Part shown: positions 1-11,497 of the stretch, piece by piece | Numbering within the stretch: position 1 is the stretch's first letter | How the letters are laid out: every line of letters starts with the position of its first letter | Assembly: GCA_964270895.1 (NCBI GenBank) | Contig: OZ185440.1 | Reading direction: 5' to 3' (one strand) | Length of the DNA stretch: 64,000 nucleotides | DNA from: Podarcis filfolensis | Lineage: Eukaryota | The notes under the pieces: generated by a model | Database searches by the model: none | The model's input: the letters and a program-made list of their open reading frames with translations, nothing else | What the model was told of the DNA's origin: nothing | Position numbers and translations under genes: made by a program

Positions 1-285
1 GTAGCTTCGAGAACACTATCCAACCATCTCGTCCTCTGTCGTCCCCTTCTCCTTGTGCCCTCAATCTTTCCCAACATCAGGGTCTTTTCCAGGGAGTCTT
101 CTCTTCTCACGAGGTGGCCAGAGTATTGGAGCCTCAGCTTCACAATCTGTCCTTCCAGTGAGCACTCAGGGCTGATTTCCTTAAGAATGGATAGGTTTGA
201 TCTTCTTGCAGTCCATGGGACTCTCAAGAGTCTCCTCCAGCACCATAATTCAAAAGCATCAATTCTTCGGCGATCAGCCTTCTTT
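1..285 (-). mobile_element. Bov-B (RTE) LINE fragment, RT C-terminal region; 5'-truncated, continues off the left edge
   Basis: Minus strand reads openly KKADRRRIDAFELWCWRRLLRVPWTARRSNLSILKEISPECSLEGQIVKLRLQYSGHLVRREDSLEKTLMLGKIEGTRRRGRQRTRWLDSV, the typical Bov-B/RTE ORF end. Confidence 0.9.
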
Positions 286-290
286 AATTA

Positions 291-661
291 GGTAAAGGTA
301 AAGGTACCCGTGACAGTTAAGTCCAGTCGTGAACGACTCTGGGGTTGTGGTGCTCATCTCGCTTTACAGGCCGAGGGAGCTGGCGTTTGTCCGCTTCCGC
401 TGACAGTTTTTCCAGGTCATGTGGCCAGCATGACTAAGCTGCATCTGGCAAAGCCAAGGCAGTGCAAGGAAACGCCGTTTACCTTCCCGCAGGAGTGGTA
501 CCTATTTATCTACTTGCACTGCGTGCTTTCGAACTGCTAGGTTGGCAGGAGCTGGGTCTGAGCAACGGGAGCTCACCCCATTATGGGGATTCGAACCACC
601 GACCTTCCGACTGGCAAGCCCAAGCGGCGCAGTGGTTTAAACCACAGTGCCACCCGCATCC
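291..661 (-). mobile_element. Sauria SINE (Squam1-type), near full length
   Basis: Minus strand starts with a tRNA-like head (A box TGGCACTGTGGT, B box GGTTCGAATCC) and ends in an (ACCTTT)n tail at 291-305. Possible 6-bp TSD TAATTA at 285-290 and 662-667. Confidence 0.9.
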
Positions 662-2825
662 TAATTACATAAGGGCAAAGTTGTTAGAGAACTGTGTGGT
701 TAACAAAAAGATTTAAAGCTGGAACTTGGGCAGAGCAAGCAATAGAGGATCTTACCAAAGAGCATTAAGAAACATAAATCAGCCTATTAATAATTTTGCA
801 TGCAGAAAAGTTCCAGGTTCAATCCCCACCATCTTTAGTTTAGTGATAGAAACAAGCCCAGCAATGTTTCAAGTATTATTGATTGGTGTTGTATTATGTT
901 GAATGATTTGATAATATACCTGGCTTTACCATTAATCCTACAGCTAAATGCATTTTCCACAGAGCTTAGTTTTCCATACATTAAGGATAGTGCCTTTAAC
1001 ATATCTGATCGGACAGAAATTGAATAAAAACAAATGTGAAGCTGTTAAAATTGTAGACTAGGGGAAATCGTTAGAATTTTAGGCTGGAAACTAAGTGAAA
1101 ACTTGCCAAACCATACACACAGTAAGAGCACTACATATCACATTTGTGCGGTCAAAGTATATTTATAAAAAAGCTCATTTATCTTTCCAGTTCTATAATC
1201 TTATTCTTGACCAGAGATTGAAACTCCAGTCTGGATCATATCTGATTTCCAAACTTCTAATTTTTTAGGTTTGTTCATTAGAGACTTGTTTTCTTTCATA
1301 GACTCCATTTTGTGGAATGTATGGTAAATAATTGATTTTTACCAAGATTACTAATAAGCAAAACACTTGCATACTGTTGGCAAATAGCATCCATTTCTAC
1401 AGCACCTTCTGTCCAAAGCCCTTTATGAACTTCATATGAAAAATAACTTTAAGTCTACAGATCAAGTAAAATGAAGTCATCTATGAATTCGCCAGCAACA
1501 CTACATAAAAGTTAGTTAGGAGGTGAGCTACTCATCCAAACAGAATGGTGGAGAGAAAAAATAAGGGAGCCAGAGAATATTACTCAACCTAGAATTTGGC
1601 CAGAATATTAGATTTAACACCATCCCACATTTAATTACCAGGCATGGGGGAACCAGCAGATGTAGGTTTGTGCTGCATCTTGCAACACCACAAAAATCCT
1701 GAGTTATCAACTGGCCTATTGGTTCAGTAGATTAAATTAAAATTTATAGGTCACCTAACACAAATAATGCATCCAAAGCAATTTATGTTATATAGACAAA
1801 AACATGCCAAAGAAACAACATAAAACTTTTAAAATACATCAGTCAACATAAATAAACAGTGAAGAAACCATCAGCTAAAAGCAAATCGCAAGCTCTAAAA
1901 TGTTAAAACTGTTCCCATTGAAAGTACTGCAATCCAGGCATAGGGCTACATGCCTAATTAGGCACAGCATGGGCTCAAATTTAGCCTGCAAGGTCATTTT
2001 CCCAAAACCATTGCACCTCCCCCCCAAGCAGGGCAGAAGCTTCCCAGGCTTTTGGAAGGATGTGCCAGGGGAACATTTTGGGGACTAGTCTAGTCCTAGT
2101 TCACTGACCGCATACCGCTGCTTCTGACATGTCCTGCACCCCCTTCCCTCCCTCACACTGCTTGGACATTTCCTTTTCCTCCCACCCTGGCTCCTGCCAC
2201 ACAGGTGGCACTAAACCTCATAAACCATTGGCCCCTTCTCCTGGGTCAGCCTCCACCACCACCCCTGTCTTTGCCACCCATTCATCAGAGACCTCCCAGT
2301 CTCTGGCAAGGTATTTTCACCCACACAGAGGCAGAGTTGGGTCACCAGCCTAAGCAGGTAGAAAACATTCCATGGCATGGAGATCACCCATGCCTCCATG
2401 ACAGCGATGAATCCAGAATTATGCCAAAGCAACCTTCTTTCCTGTATAAAAGTCATAAAGGACCCAGAGTACTGATATAGAAAGGGAGTTCGCTGAAAAA
2501 AATGATCCAATACAAAGGAGAGCACATACACATCTCCTCCAACCACCCCTTATTTATCAGGAACATGCCCTGTTTTTTAATCCCTGCCCCTGGTACATCA
2601 TCCTCCCTCAAGGGATGCCTTTTGTTTTGTTTCTTTTTTTCTTTTTAAAACACAGTATGAAATGATACCATCCTTATCTCTAGAAGTGAAACCCTTTAGT
2701 GGGTAGCTGGTTGCATCCCCAGATGGGTGCACATGTCAGTAACGGCACAAGCATGAAGCCCTAAGGTATCATGCAGTACATAGCTTGACACTTCACACAT
2801 TGCTGATGTCAAGGTATACAGTAAA

Positions 2826-3040
2826 CAGTGGTACCTCGGGTTACAAACACTTTGGGTTGCAGACTCCGCTAACCCGGAAGTAGTACCTCGGGTTAAGAAC
2901 TTTACCTCAGGATGAGAACAGAAATCGTGCGGCGGCAGCAGGAGGCCCCATTAGCTAAAGTGGTACCTCAGGTTAAGGACGGTTTCAGGTTCAGAACAGA
3001 CCTCAGGAACGAATTAAGTACGTAACCAGAGGTATCACTG
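2826..3040. mobile_element. Tc1/mariner (Tigger-like) MITE
   Basis: TIRs CAGTGGTACCTC / GAGGTATCACTG, TA on the right flank; same family as 28577-28784. Confidence 0.8.
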
Positions 3041-5384
3041 TATTTTGAATTGATAGTATCCTATATTTACCATTATTTCTTTTGCCAAAAGAACCACTAT
3101 CGTGCTCTTGACTTTATCCCCACCCCAATAAATTTGCTAAGCAAATGAATAATGCCGGAGAGCAAAGAGCCTTCCGTAAAACAATCCTTGCCACAGGACT
3201 AGGCACATTGCAGACAAGTCCTCATTTTCCCCTGTGTGAAGCTTTGGAGGTCGTGCACATAACATGCTGGACAGCCAACTGTCCAGCAACTAAAATTACA
3301 CTCTAAAGAACGTTTCAAATGTTTATGCAAAATGGGGAAAAAACAACTGCAGATTCTTTCTGACATCCCTATAAAACTAAAGCCTACAGGCAAATTATTC
3401 CCAAACCACCCATTTTGGGATTCCCTTCGCCTTCCAAAAGCTCATCTGGTATTGCTCACAGTTAAGAGCAGAATACTGGAAAAGGCAGACGAGTGAGGAA
3501 CGGCTAAGAATTCCAGAAATACAGAAAGCCTCAGATATGGCCTTTGTTCTCCCAGTAATAAACCTCTGTCCTGCTTTGCAAAAGTGAGTTTTACTGTGTG
3601 TGATTTATTATGTAATTACAGCAAAGAGATATTAGAGCTCATTAATTATCTCACACAGTATAAAACTTTTAAATTAAGTTATCGGCCATACAAATGTCAC
3701 AACGGATGCCATTTACTCACTTTAATATATAATGATATATTGCAAATGCTGCTGGAAAGAGCAGATATTTTTTCCAGTAAGCTTTAGAGGCAAAACATAT
3801 GGTCCACCCTTTCCATTTGGGCAGTTTCTCTGTAGCCACCCTTCCTTCTGTCTAACTTTGTCTGATATGATGGCCCAGTTCACACAAACACCACAGCGTA
3901 CAGACAAAACAGTCTTTGGCTGAGTGCATGTCTGCAGTTGTGCAGAAAAGTCAGAACGAGCCAGCCAAGTTACAGCTTACAAGGAGTGCCCAAAGGGCCA
4001 ACGGCTACAGTGTAACATAAATAAATTAAACATTTTATGTTTTGCCATGTTTTTCTATTAAACAACCATAGCAATACTAAAACCACCAAAAATAAAAGCG
4101 CTGCTGAAAACAGAAGCAGAATATAATACTTCATAGCCCTTCAGACTTCAAATTCCTGACCAATCAGCAACATCAACTCAATATCTAAATGTTGCAATAG
4201 AGCTAGCTTGCATGGAAAACAAGTTGATATTCTGTGGGCAGCCCTGCTCCTAGCAGATATCAATCTGGTATCTGAAGGCAAATACATTTATCATAGGATC
4301 TCATTGGGTGGTCAAAGATTGCTTTTTTAATAGAAAAATAGGTGTCGGTACTAACAATGAAGTTGTTACAGGAAGTGTCACACTTTTTAACAACAACAAA
4401 AAAGAGGTGCCAGTACTGTGTACCCTTGAGTACCCTCTTGAAAACATGGGCTATTCATAACAGAACTGCTCCCTGAATTACCCCAAATGTGGATGCTCAG
4501 AACTTTAAGTAGCTAACCGCCATCTTGAATTGAGACTAGTAATCAGCTGAGTAGCTTGTAACATTAAACATGCTTATAGCAGCTAATACCAGTCAAAACC
4601 TATGCTGCTGAATTTCAAATGTGGCTCCACATAGAGCAATTACAACATCTAATCTGGAGGTAACATAAACATCTACAGCAAGGATATGGCTGCAAGGATA
4701 TACCAGGAAAAGTGTCTAACACTGAATAATTTCCCCCCAGTAGTTTCATTTTGTTTTCACTGATTAGCCATTAGTCTTGTTCCCCCACCCCCACCCCAGC
4801 TATGCAGTCATGAGAATCACTGTGACTGCATTCATATAGCATCTCCTCCAATAGTCCCTGGAAGCTGGAAAAGAAACATTTTTTTCAGAGCCCTGACTCA
4901 GGGAAATCCCTACCCTCCAATCATTCCAATTTCCAAGAAGCATCTATGGTCTACTGCTACCAAGATTTCCAGCTGATTGCAAAAACGGCAGTGCCTCAGC
5001 AGCACCAAAGGGCCCTTGTGTGGAAGCAACCTTGGTTACAGACCGGGGGGAAGAAGAAAGAGAAGAGGTTAATAAAAAATACATTAAAAAGCATTTGTAA
5101 GAATATGGCTGAGAAGGAGAGAGAAAAGCAGTGCCTGTAATTTTTTGAGAGAAGCTATTATGTGCATTATCCAATATATACACCCAAGGTGGTATCATAG
5201 GGTAGGTTAGTGCTTAGAGAGCCTTTGCCTATTAGATGTCCTCTCAATGCTTTGGACTACAACTCCCATCAGCCCCTGTTTTATATTCCAGAACATTGTG
5301 TTGGTGAAGGCTGGCTTACAGATTGATGGAAGTGGAGAAGCAAGTGCAAAATACTACAGAGGTCAGGTAAGCATGGGCTAGGTC

Positions 5385-5520
5385 AGAGATGGAAAACATG
5401 TGATCCTTCAAAATATTGGACTCTCAGCTCCTATCAGTCCCAGCAACCATAGCTAGTGGTGAGTGATGATGGGAGTTATAGTCCAACAACAACTACAGGG
5501 CCACAGGTTAGCCATTCCTG
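5385..5520. mobile_element. Degenerate hAT-type MITE of the GGACTACAACTCCCATCA family
   Basis: Internal inverted motifs ttggactctcagctcctatcag / tgatgggagttatagtccaa; relatives at 43004, about 44135 and about 55955. Confidence 0.55.
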
Positions 5521-7391
5521 GGCTAAGGCAATAATTTAGTTTTCCACGGTCACTCCAGTCTATTATAGAAGGGCCAATTCTAGTTGCATATATTAATTTG
5601 CCCCCCTCCCCCATGGCCTATCAAAAGAGTTACTGTGACTGAATATACCTCATTAATAGATATGCACCATAAAAAGCTTAGTAGCTCAGCAAGGACACAC
5701 TGCACTTTATAAACCAATATCTTAAAATGATGGAAGATCTAAAATTAAATGGCTTACAGCCCATTTCAAATAATTCAAATTTAGCTGCATCCTATTCCTT
5801 GCCAATGTATTTGCATCGGTAAGTAAATAAAAACTGTTATTAAAGCCTCCATTAATTCTGATCATACAAAAATATAAAAGCAAGTCTGCATATTATTGCC
5901 CTCTGCAAAGGATAGTAGGTAGATATACTGTAAACATTTGGGACCCCCTCTGAAACATAAAATATGTCAAGGGGAAAAAAACTTTTCACAAGCACGTCTC
6001 AAGTATTTGTCTTGAATCCGTCCCCAGTTTGTGTCTTATTTTGTAAAAGTATTATAGATTTCTATATCCTTTGACATATTTGTCTTATTAAACAAAAGCA
6101 TTTAGACAGCACTCATATACGCAGTGTGTTATGGCAAACAGTTAACTACATTCCTTAGTTGGAGCCTTTAAAAATATCATATTGATGACATCAGCAGCGT
6201 ACACTATTTTCTATTCCTGGTAAACTTTGCTCAGACAAATTTTAGTTTCAACTATTTTCAAAATGCAACAACTTTCATTTTACGCTGACAAAATTGAGCT
6301 TTTATGGAGATTGTGCACAAGCTTTCTGTAATTACCAGAACATTCTTTGTTACAGATTTCTAAAAAGGGGACTGTTTCACTATGATGTTCAAATTTGATG
6401 TCACCATTTCCAGTTCTGAAATTCTATTATTGTCCTCACTATTTTCTCCTAAATAACACAAAGCTTTCCTTTGGCTTGTTATTCTTTCCATTAAAAAATT
6501 AACACAATATTCCTTGGAACAGGAAATAAATAATCCAGTTCAAAACTTTTGAGTTTGCTATTGAACTATGTAATAGTACTCATACAGCAGCAATAATAGC
6601 AATTTTTGAAGCTAATATAATACCCTGCTTTGCAATGACCATACAAAGTTACCTTGCACAAGCCATTGGCCTGTCTAGCCCAGTGTATATCATGATTTGC
6701 AACAGCTCTCCAAAGTTTCAAGCAAGGGGTTCTTTCTGAGGCCTGATGTCCCTAAACAATACTGGGGAAAAAACTACTTAGATAAAGACACCCCTGCCTT
6801 TTAATTGTGAATAAAGCAATTTTTCAGATTGAGCTATAAATTGTATGAAGTAATCCAGTCAGGCTCATTAACAGCGGAAGGGAACAACTGAGAGAGGTAG
6901 GAGAAAAGGAAGCAGGACTGCAGAGAAAAGTTGATGTTCATTTAGAGCATCACCCATTTTCCCCCAGTGCTCAGCTCAGCTGATCAGTGGGAGGGAATGT
7001 TGTGGACCATGTAAGATTAGGCAGTAGGCAAGAGGAAGCGCATACTGCACACTTCTGAACTAGAGATAGAAGCCAAAGCATGCTTCTTAGAGATTATTAT
7101 TGTTGTTTATTAAATGATGGCTGCTTCTTCTTCTTCTTCTGCTTCTTCCTATTATTATTTCACTACACCACTCCATAACAATGGATAGTAGTTTTTATTA
7201 GCTATTTAAAAACAGCTCATGTATCTACACAGAAAGTTTTTGAGACTAAAAACAAAAACTGCAAAAGAACCAACTCAGCTCTTTGCTAATATGCAAAGAT
7301 CATGTCAACAAAACGTACAGGGAATACTAAGGCACAACCGTAAATGCAATAAGGATCGAAGGCAATTAATCATCACGGATGCACAGCATAC

Positions 7392-7517
7392 CTGGTAGTC
7401 CAAAATGCTGAATCCTAAGCCCATCTTAGTGTCTTTTACAAGTTCAATGACATTGACTTCGGAAGACCAAAGTTCTAGCTCCACCTCTTCCTCTTCTTCT
7501 TCCTCCCCTGGTTTCAC
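7392..7517 (-). CDS. PATJ: PATJ coding exon 16 (start of PDZ5)
   Basis: AG|...|GT, 126 nt, [42 protein letters not shown]. The next expected exon (DPLDP...) was not found, so it probably lies left of the window. Confidence 0.95.
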
Positions 7518-7769
7518 CTGAGAAATAAGATATCAAGCTTTTTTCCCCCTGTTGATAAATTTATCCATCATATGCAAGCTGAAGAGGGTGCCTGGACTAG
7601 AATTTAAATCATTCTGTGAAACTAGATATTGGCTCAGTTCACTTAAGCTAAGGTCGCTAACCTTCAATGGTCGCATTAGATGCATAAAAGTAAAAGGGCA
7701 CAGAGAGGAAAACAAAAAATAAAATAAGCCTGGTATGTAAATGTAGCTAAGAGTATGGCCTGTGATCTT

Positions 7770-7920
7770 GGAGGCTCCTGGGTCAACACTTAACTTTGCC
7801 AGGAACCCTGTAAGTGGCCACTGTATCTTGCATGCCATCTTCCATATGGGGGTAATGATGATGGACTACTCTATAGGTTTGTTGCAAGGATTACTATCCG
7901 TAAAGTGCTTTGAACGATCC
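7770..7920 (+). mobile_element. Old MIR-like (CORE-SINE) fragment
   Basis: ccatcttccatatgggggtaatgatg...ctataggtttgttgcaaggatta...gtaaagtgctttg resembles the MIR core and 3' end; a similar piece lies near 34880-34990. Confidence 0.5.
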
Positions 7921-9740
7921 AGAATTCATAGTTTTAAATAGTAGGGGCAAAAGCATAAAGGAACAAGGCCATGAAATATTCAGTTGCATGATCCCACAAG
8001 GCTTTCAGTGGAAAAACAAGGGCACTTCTAGCTGGAGATTCTGAAAGGCAATGTTATGACTCCTTATACTGAAAATCTGAAAGAGGTCCTATATGTGAAG
8101 GTAGACTTAACATGTACAGGGTCAAAAAAGGAAGACCTCACCAAGGAGGCTTGGTAAGCCAAAAAGCATGACAGTAACCATGCATGAATTAATTGTGCCT
8201 GTTTTGCTCCTCCCCACTCATACTGCAAAGAAATAAACCACAATCCCTAGCTTAGTGCTACATTTGAGCCAGGGATCATTTTTGGCTTTGCTCCAGATAA
8301 ACTGCGATCTGTAGCCAAGGTTTGTTCTTAGCTCATTATCTGTGATTTATTAGAACCGAAACAAACTACAATCCCTGACTTAGACGTAACACAATTATTA
8401 TTATTAATTAAATTTATACACTGCCCTTCATCACAGCATCTCAGGGATGTTCACATAATAAGAACAAGGTAAGATTCAGAAAGCATATTCTGTGGTATTA
8501 CTCAGAGACAAATGAATTTATACAATGCCCTGATATCAGTGTAAAACCATTGTTTTAAAAGATCTGAGTGGCCACTGATAAACTCGTAGAAGTATATTGG
8601 CACTGCACTGCCAGTTAAATGGAACATTTAACTTAATCACTAAGCTATCCAAAGCAGGACACTGGTACATCAAGAAGATACATCATTATGGAGCCATGGA
8701 GCCAGAAGCAAAAGTTTACTTTATTACACTGAAAGACAAAGTCTGTACTTCTGAAAAAAAATTTAAACTCAAACTGTATTCTTCCAGTTTGCATCAGATC
8801 CTTTGTTCACAAGATGGAAGTAATCAGCTAATGGGGAAGCTGAGACTAGGTATAATTCAAAGCTTTTGCTCCCTTATTAAACTGAAGAATGATGAACGGG
8901 ATGTACACCGTCAGCATGTCGGCCCATTGATTTACATACCTTGTATCATTAGTACAATGATGTTTCCAGCTACCTGCCTAGATAAAGCCACTAGGAGTTT
9001 CCAATTACAGTGAAAGTAGTAAAGTCACAAACATGAAATATCTCTCAGGGAAGATGCATTTGTTAAAGTACTGTTGTAGCTTTGGTTCAAAAGCACACAC
9101 TCAGCTTCATAAAACTCAAGGCAGTGAAGCCTGAATTTCAGATTCTGATCAGATTCATTGTTCACCGAGAAAAGGCAAAAAAGAAGAGAGGCTGTGACCA
9201 TCGTTTTCTGCACTATGCACAGAAGATATATGACTCCCCTGGTGGAATGTTTGGAATTGCAGGCTGTGATCCAGCAAAGCCTGTGTGGAAGTGGCAAAAT
9301 GCTTCTGTGCTTGCTCTCTCTTCTAGTAGTAGCTCCTGGGCTTCCTGAAATGCTCTTCTAAAGGGTCTCCTCACTTTTTGAGTGGGGCTGCCACTGTCAC
9401 CTAAATGGAACTTTAAAAAACCACCAGTCATTTACACTTTGGATCCTGACACCAGTGTTTGGTTTCCCTTCTGCTTACAAAACACTACAATTAACAGGGC
9501 TTTTGCAGGAAAGGGAAGTCACAAGAATTTAAAAACCAGGATAGAATGGATTTAGAGTGGAAATCTAGAACCCTTCAACCACTATCTCAAGTCTAGACTG
9601 TTTTGGTAGACCTAATATTCTCCTTGATGAATTTATAGTGCTTCAACAATACCTCCATTTCCTTTCTCTCCCACATCATCTTTCTTCCATTCCTACTATT
9701 GATTTGTCAATCCCTGTCCTGTCTTGAGAACACTTCTATA

Positions 9741-9991
9741 CAGTCATACCTTGGTTGTCAAACTTAATCCGTTCCGGGAGTCCGTTCGACTTCCAAAACG
9801 GTTCAAAAACCAAAGTGCGGCTTCTGACCAACCAAAGGAGCTTCTTGCACTCAATCAGAAGCAGCGGAAGCCATGTCGGATGTTCAGCTTCCAAAAAACA
9901 TTTGCAAACCAGAACACTCACTTCTGGGTTTGTGGCGTTTGGGAGCCAAAACGTCTGAGTATCAAGGCATTCGAAAACCGAGGTACGACTG
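9741..9991. mobile_element. Tc1/mariner-type MITE
   Basis: TIRs CAGTCATACCTTGGTT / AACCGAGGTACGACTG with TA on both flanks (9739-40, 9992-93). Confidence 0.85.
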
Positions 9992-10265
9992 TATTCTGAA
10001 AAGTACCTAGTTCCTAGTTGAGCCTAGAGGGCCAATAAGAAGTAGTTACAATTTTAGACCACTACATTGTTCAACTGCAACTACCTCAGCTGTTACCACT
10101 TGGGCAAGGAGAGTTACTAGACCGTACATTCATGACTAATTTAAATCCCGCTGAATACAATGGGGCCACATCTGGATCCAACCCATTATCTTCCAAAAGT
10201 CAAGGTACATCTGTTGGCACCCCCTTCACCTTTTCTTTTCATGTTTCAAAATGTTATTGCTTTAC

Positions 10266-10433
10266 CTTTGGTTCTGGAGAGCAAGCAATAATGGCTGTGG
10301 GCTCGTCCACAAAGGATTCTGTCCCATCATCAAACAGGCGCCGGCAACTAACCAGGGTAAATGGAGGAGGCACTTCCTTAAGAAAAGAAACTGCCTCACG
10401 GCGGGATTTTCCATGGAGCTGAACACCATTTAC
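10266..10433 (-). CDS. PATJ: PATJ coding exon 15 (PDZ4 C-terminal half)
   Basis: 168 nt, [60 protein letters not shown]. Confidence 0.95.
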
Positions 10434-10637
10434 CTATGACAAGAAATAAGAACATACATGGACTTGGAGGAAACTGATCTAGTTCCACCCTAAATCATAC
10501 TTTTATTTTTTAAAATAAATATTTGTAAAGGGGATATGTGTATGAATTAATACTTATTATCCCTTTTGAGTTGTATCTTTGCCCTTTTGGTCCTTCCAGG
10601 CTGTGATGCATTATGGTTTAATTTTATTCTTATTCTC

Positions 10638-10650
10638 TGTGTGTGTGCGC

Positions 10651-10682
<32 letters not shown>
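10638..10682. repeat. (TG)n microsatellite with a (CG)3 interruption
   Basis: Continuous alternating purine-pyrimidine run, read directly. Confidence 0.95.
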
Positions 10683-10686
<4 letters not shown>

Positions 10687-10723
10687 ACTCATGAAAGGAG
10701 TAAGTAATCAGTTGCTTTTATCT

Positions 10724-11127
10724 CAGGGGTGGGAGACCTCAGGCCCAGTGGCCAAAAGTACCTCCTCTCCCCCAGTCTCTCAATCTGACCCTGGGGACTC
10801 TAACACTACCTCCTGCCCAGGCCACACCCCTTCTTCCCAGACCCCCCCCCCAACCCACATCAGTTCTGCTCTGTGCCTTACTTGAGCCTTTTTGTCTGGC
10901 TGGCAACATGTCCTTGAATCACATATGACAATTCTTCCCACTCGTGAGGTTAGAGAGGATGGTGTAGGTACCTCTGACTTCTGTGTGGGTAGAAGGTAGC
11001 CTACAGGCTAAGCATCACACTGTCGCTCCATGCATGTTTGCCCCTGGCCCCATCCACCACTGCCATGTGTTCCTCCACCCACCCAAAGGAATGAAATCCT
11101 TGGGTTGAAAAAGGTTTCACACCCCTG
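10724..11127. mobile_element. Old hAT-like non-autonomous element
   Basis: Termini CAGGGGTGGGAGACCT / AGGTTTCACACCCCTG are imperfect TIRs; no intact 8-bp TSD. Confidence 0.6.
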
Positions 11128-11221
11128 ACTGAGCCTCACCTCCAGCTCCAGCACACCAGTTCAAAGCAAATCTCTTAAAGCAGTCTGAAACATTTTTATA
11201 TATATTACCATCACATTTCTA

Positions 11222-11236
11222 GCCAATCCTCTTTTT
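11222..11236 (+). repeat. L1 target-site duplication, left copy (GCCAATCCTCTTTTT)
   Basis: Identical 15-mer at 18106-18120. Confidence 0.95.
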
Positions 11237-11497
11237 TTTTTTTTTTTTTTTTTTTTATTTTTAAAATCACCTTTATTATATTTCAGAAATTAAAAAACAT
11301 ATATACATCATTAAACACAAAAAAAACCAAAAAGAAAACAAAATGTACAGAAACAACATTAAGTTCCTTACTGGCTATACATTCAAGCACTATACAAATC
11401 TGTAACATTATTGACTTCCCACCACCTCAAGCGAGCAATAATTCAATAATACATTCAGCAGTGTCTTCATCTAATCATTGTTCTCACCTCGCGATTT

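Noticed and set aside
4944-5030. Possible extra PATJ exon (VASTQGPFGAAEALPFLQSAGNLGSSRP-stop) after a pyrimidine tract
   Set aside because: No similarity to the expected DPLDP exon and no convincing donor; needs transcript evidence.
10638-10682. Z-DNA-prone (TG)/(CG) tract as a regulatory element
   Set aside because: Ordinary microsatellite about 200 bp from an exon; nothing else supports function.
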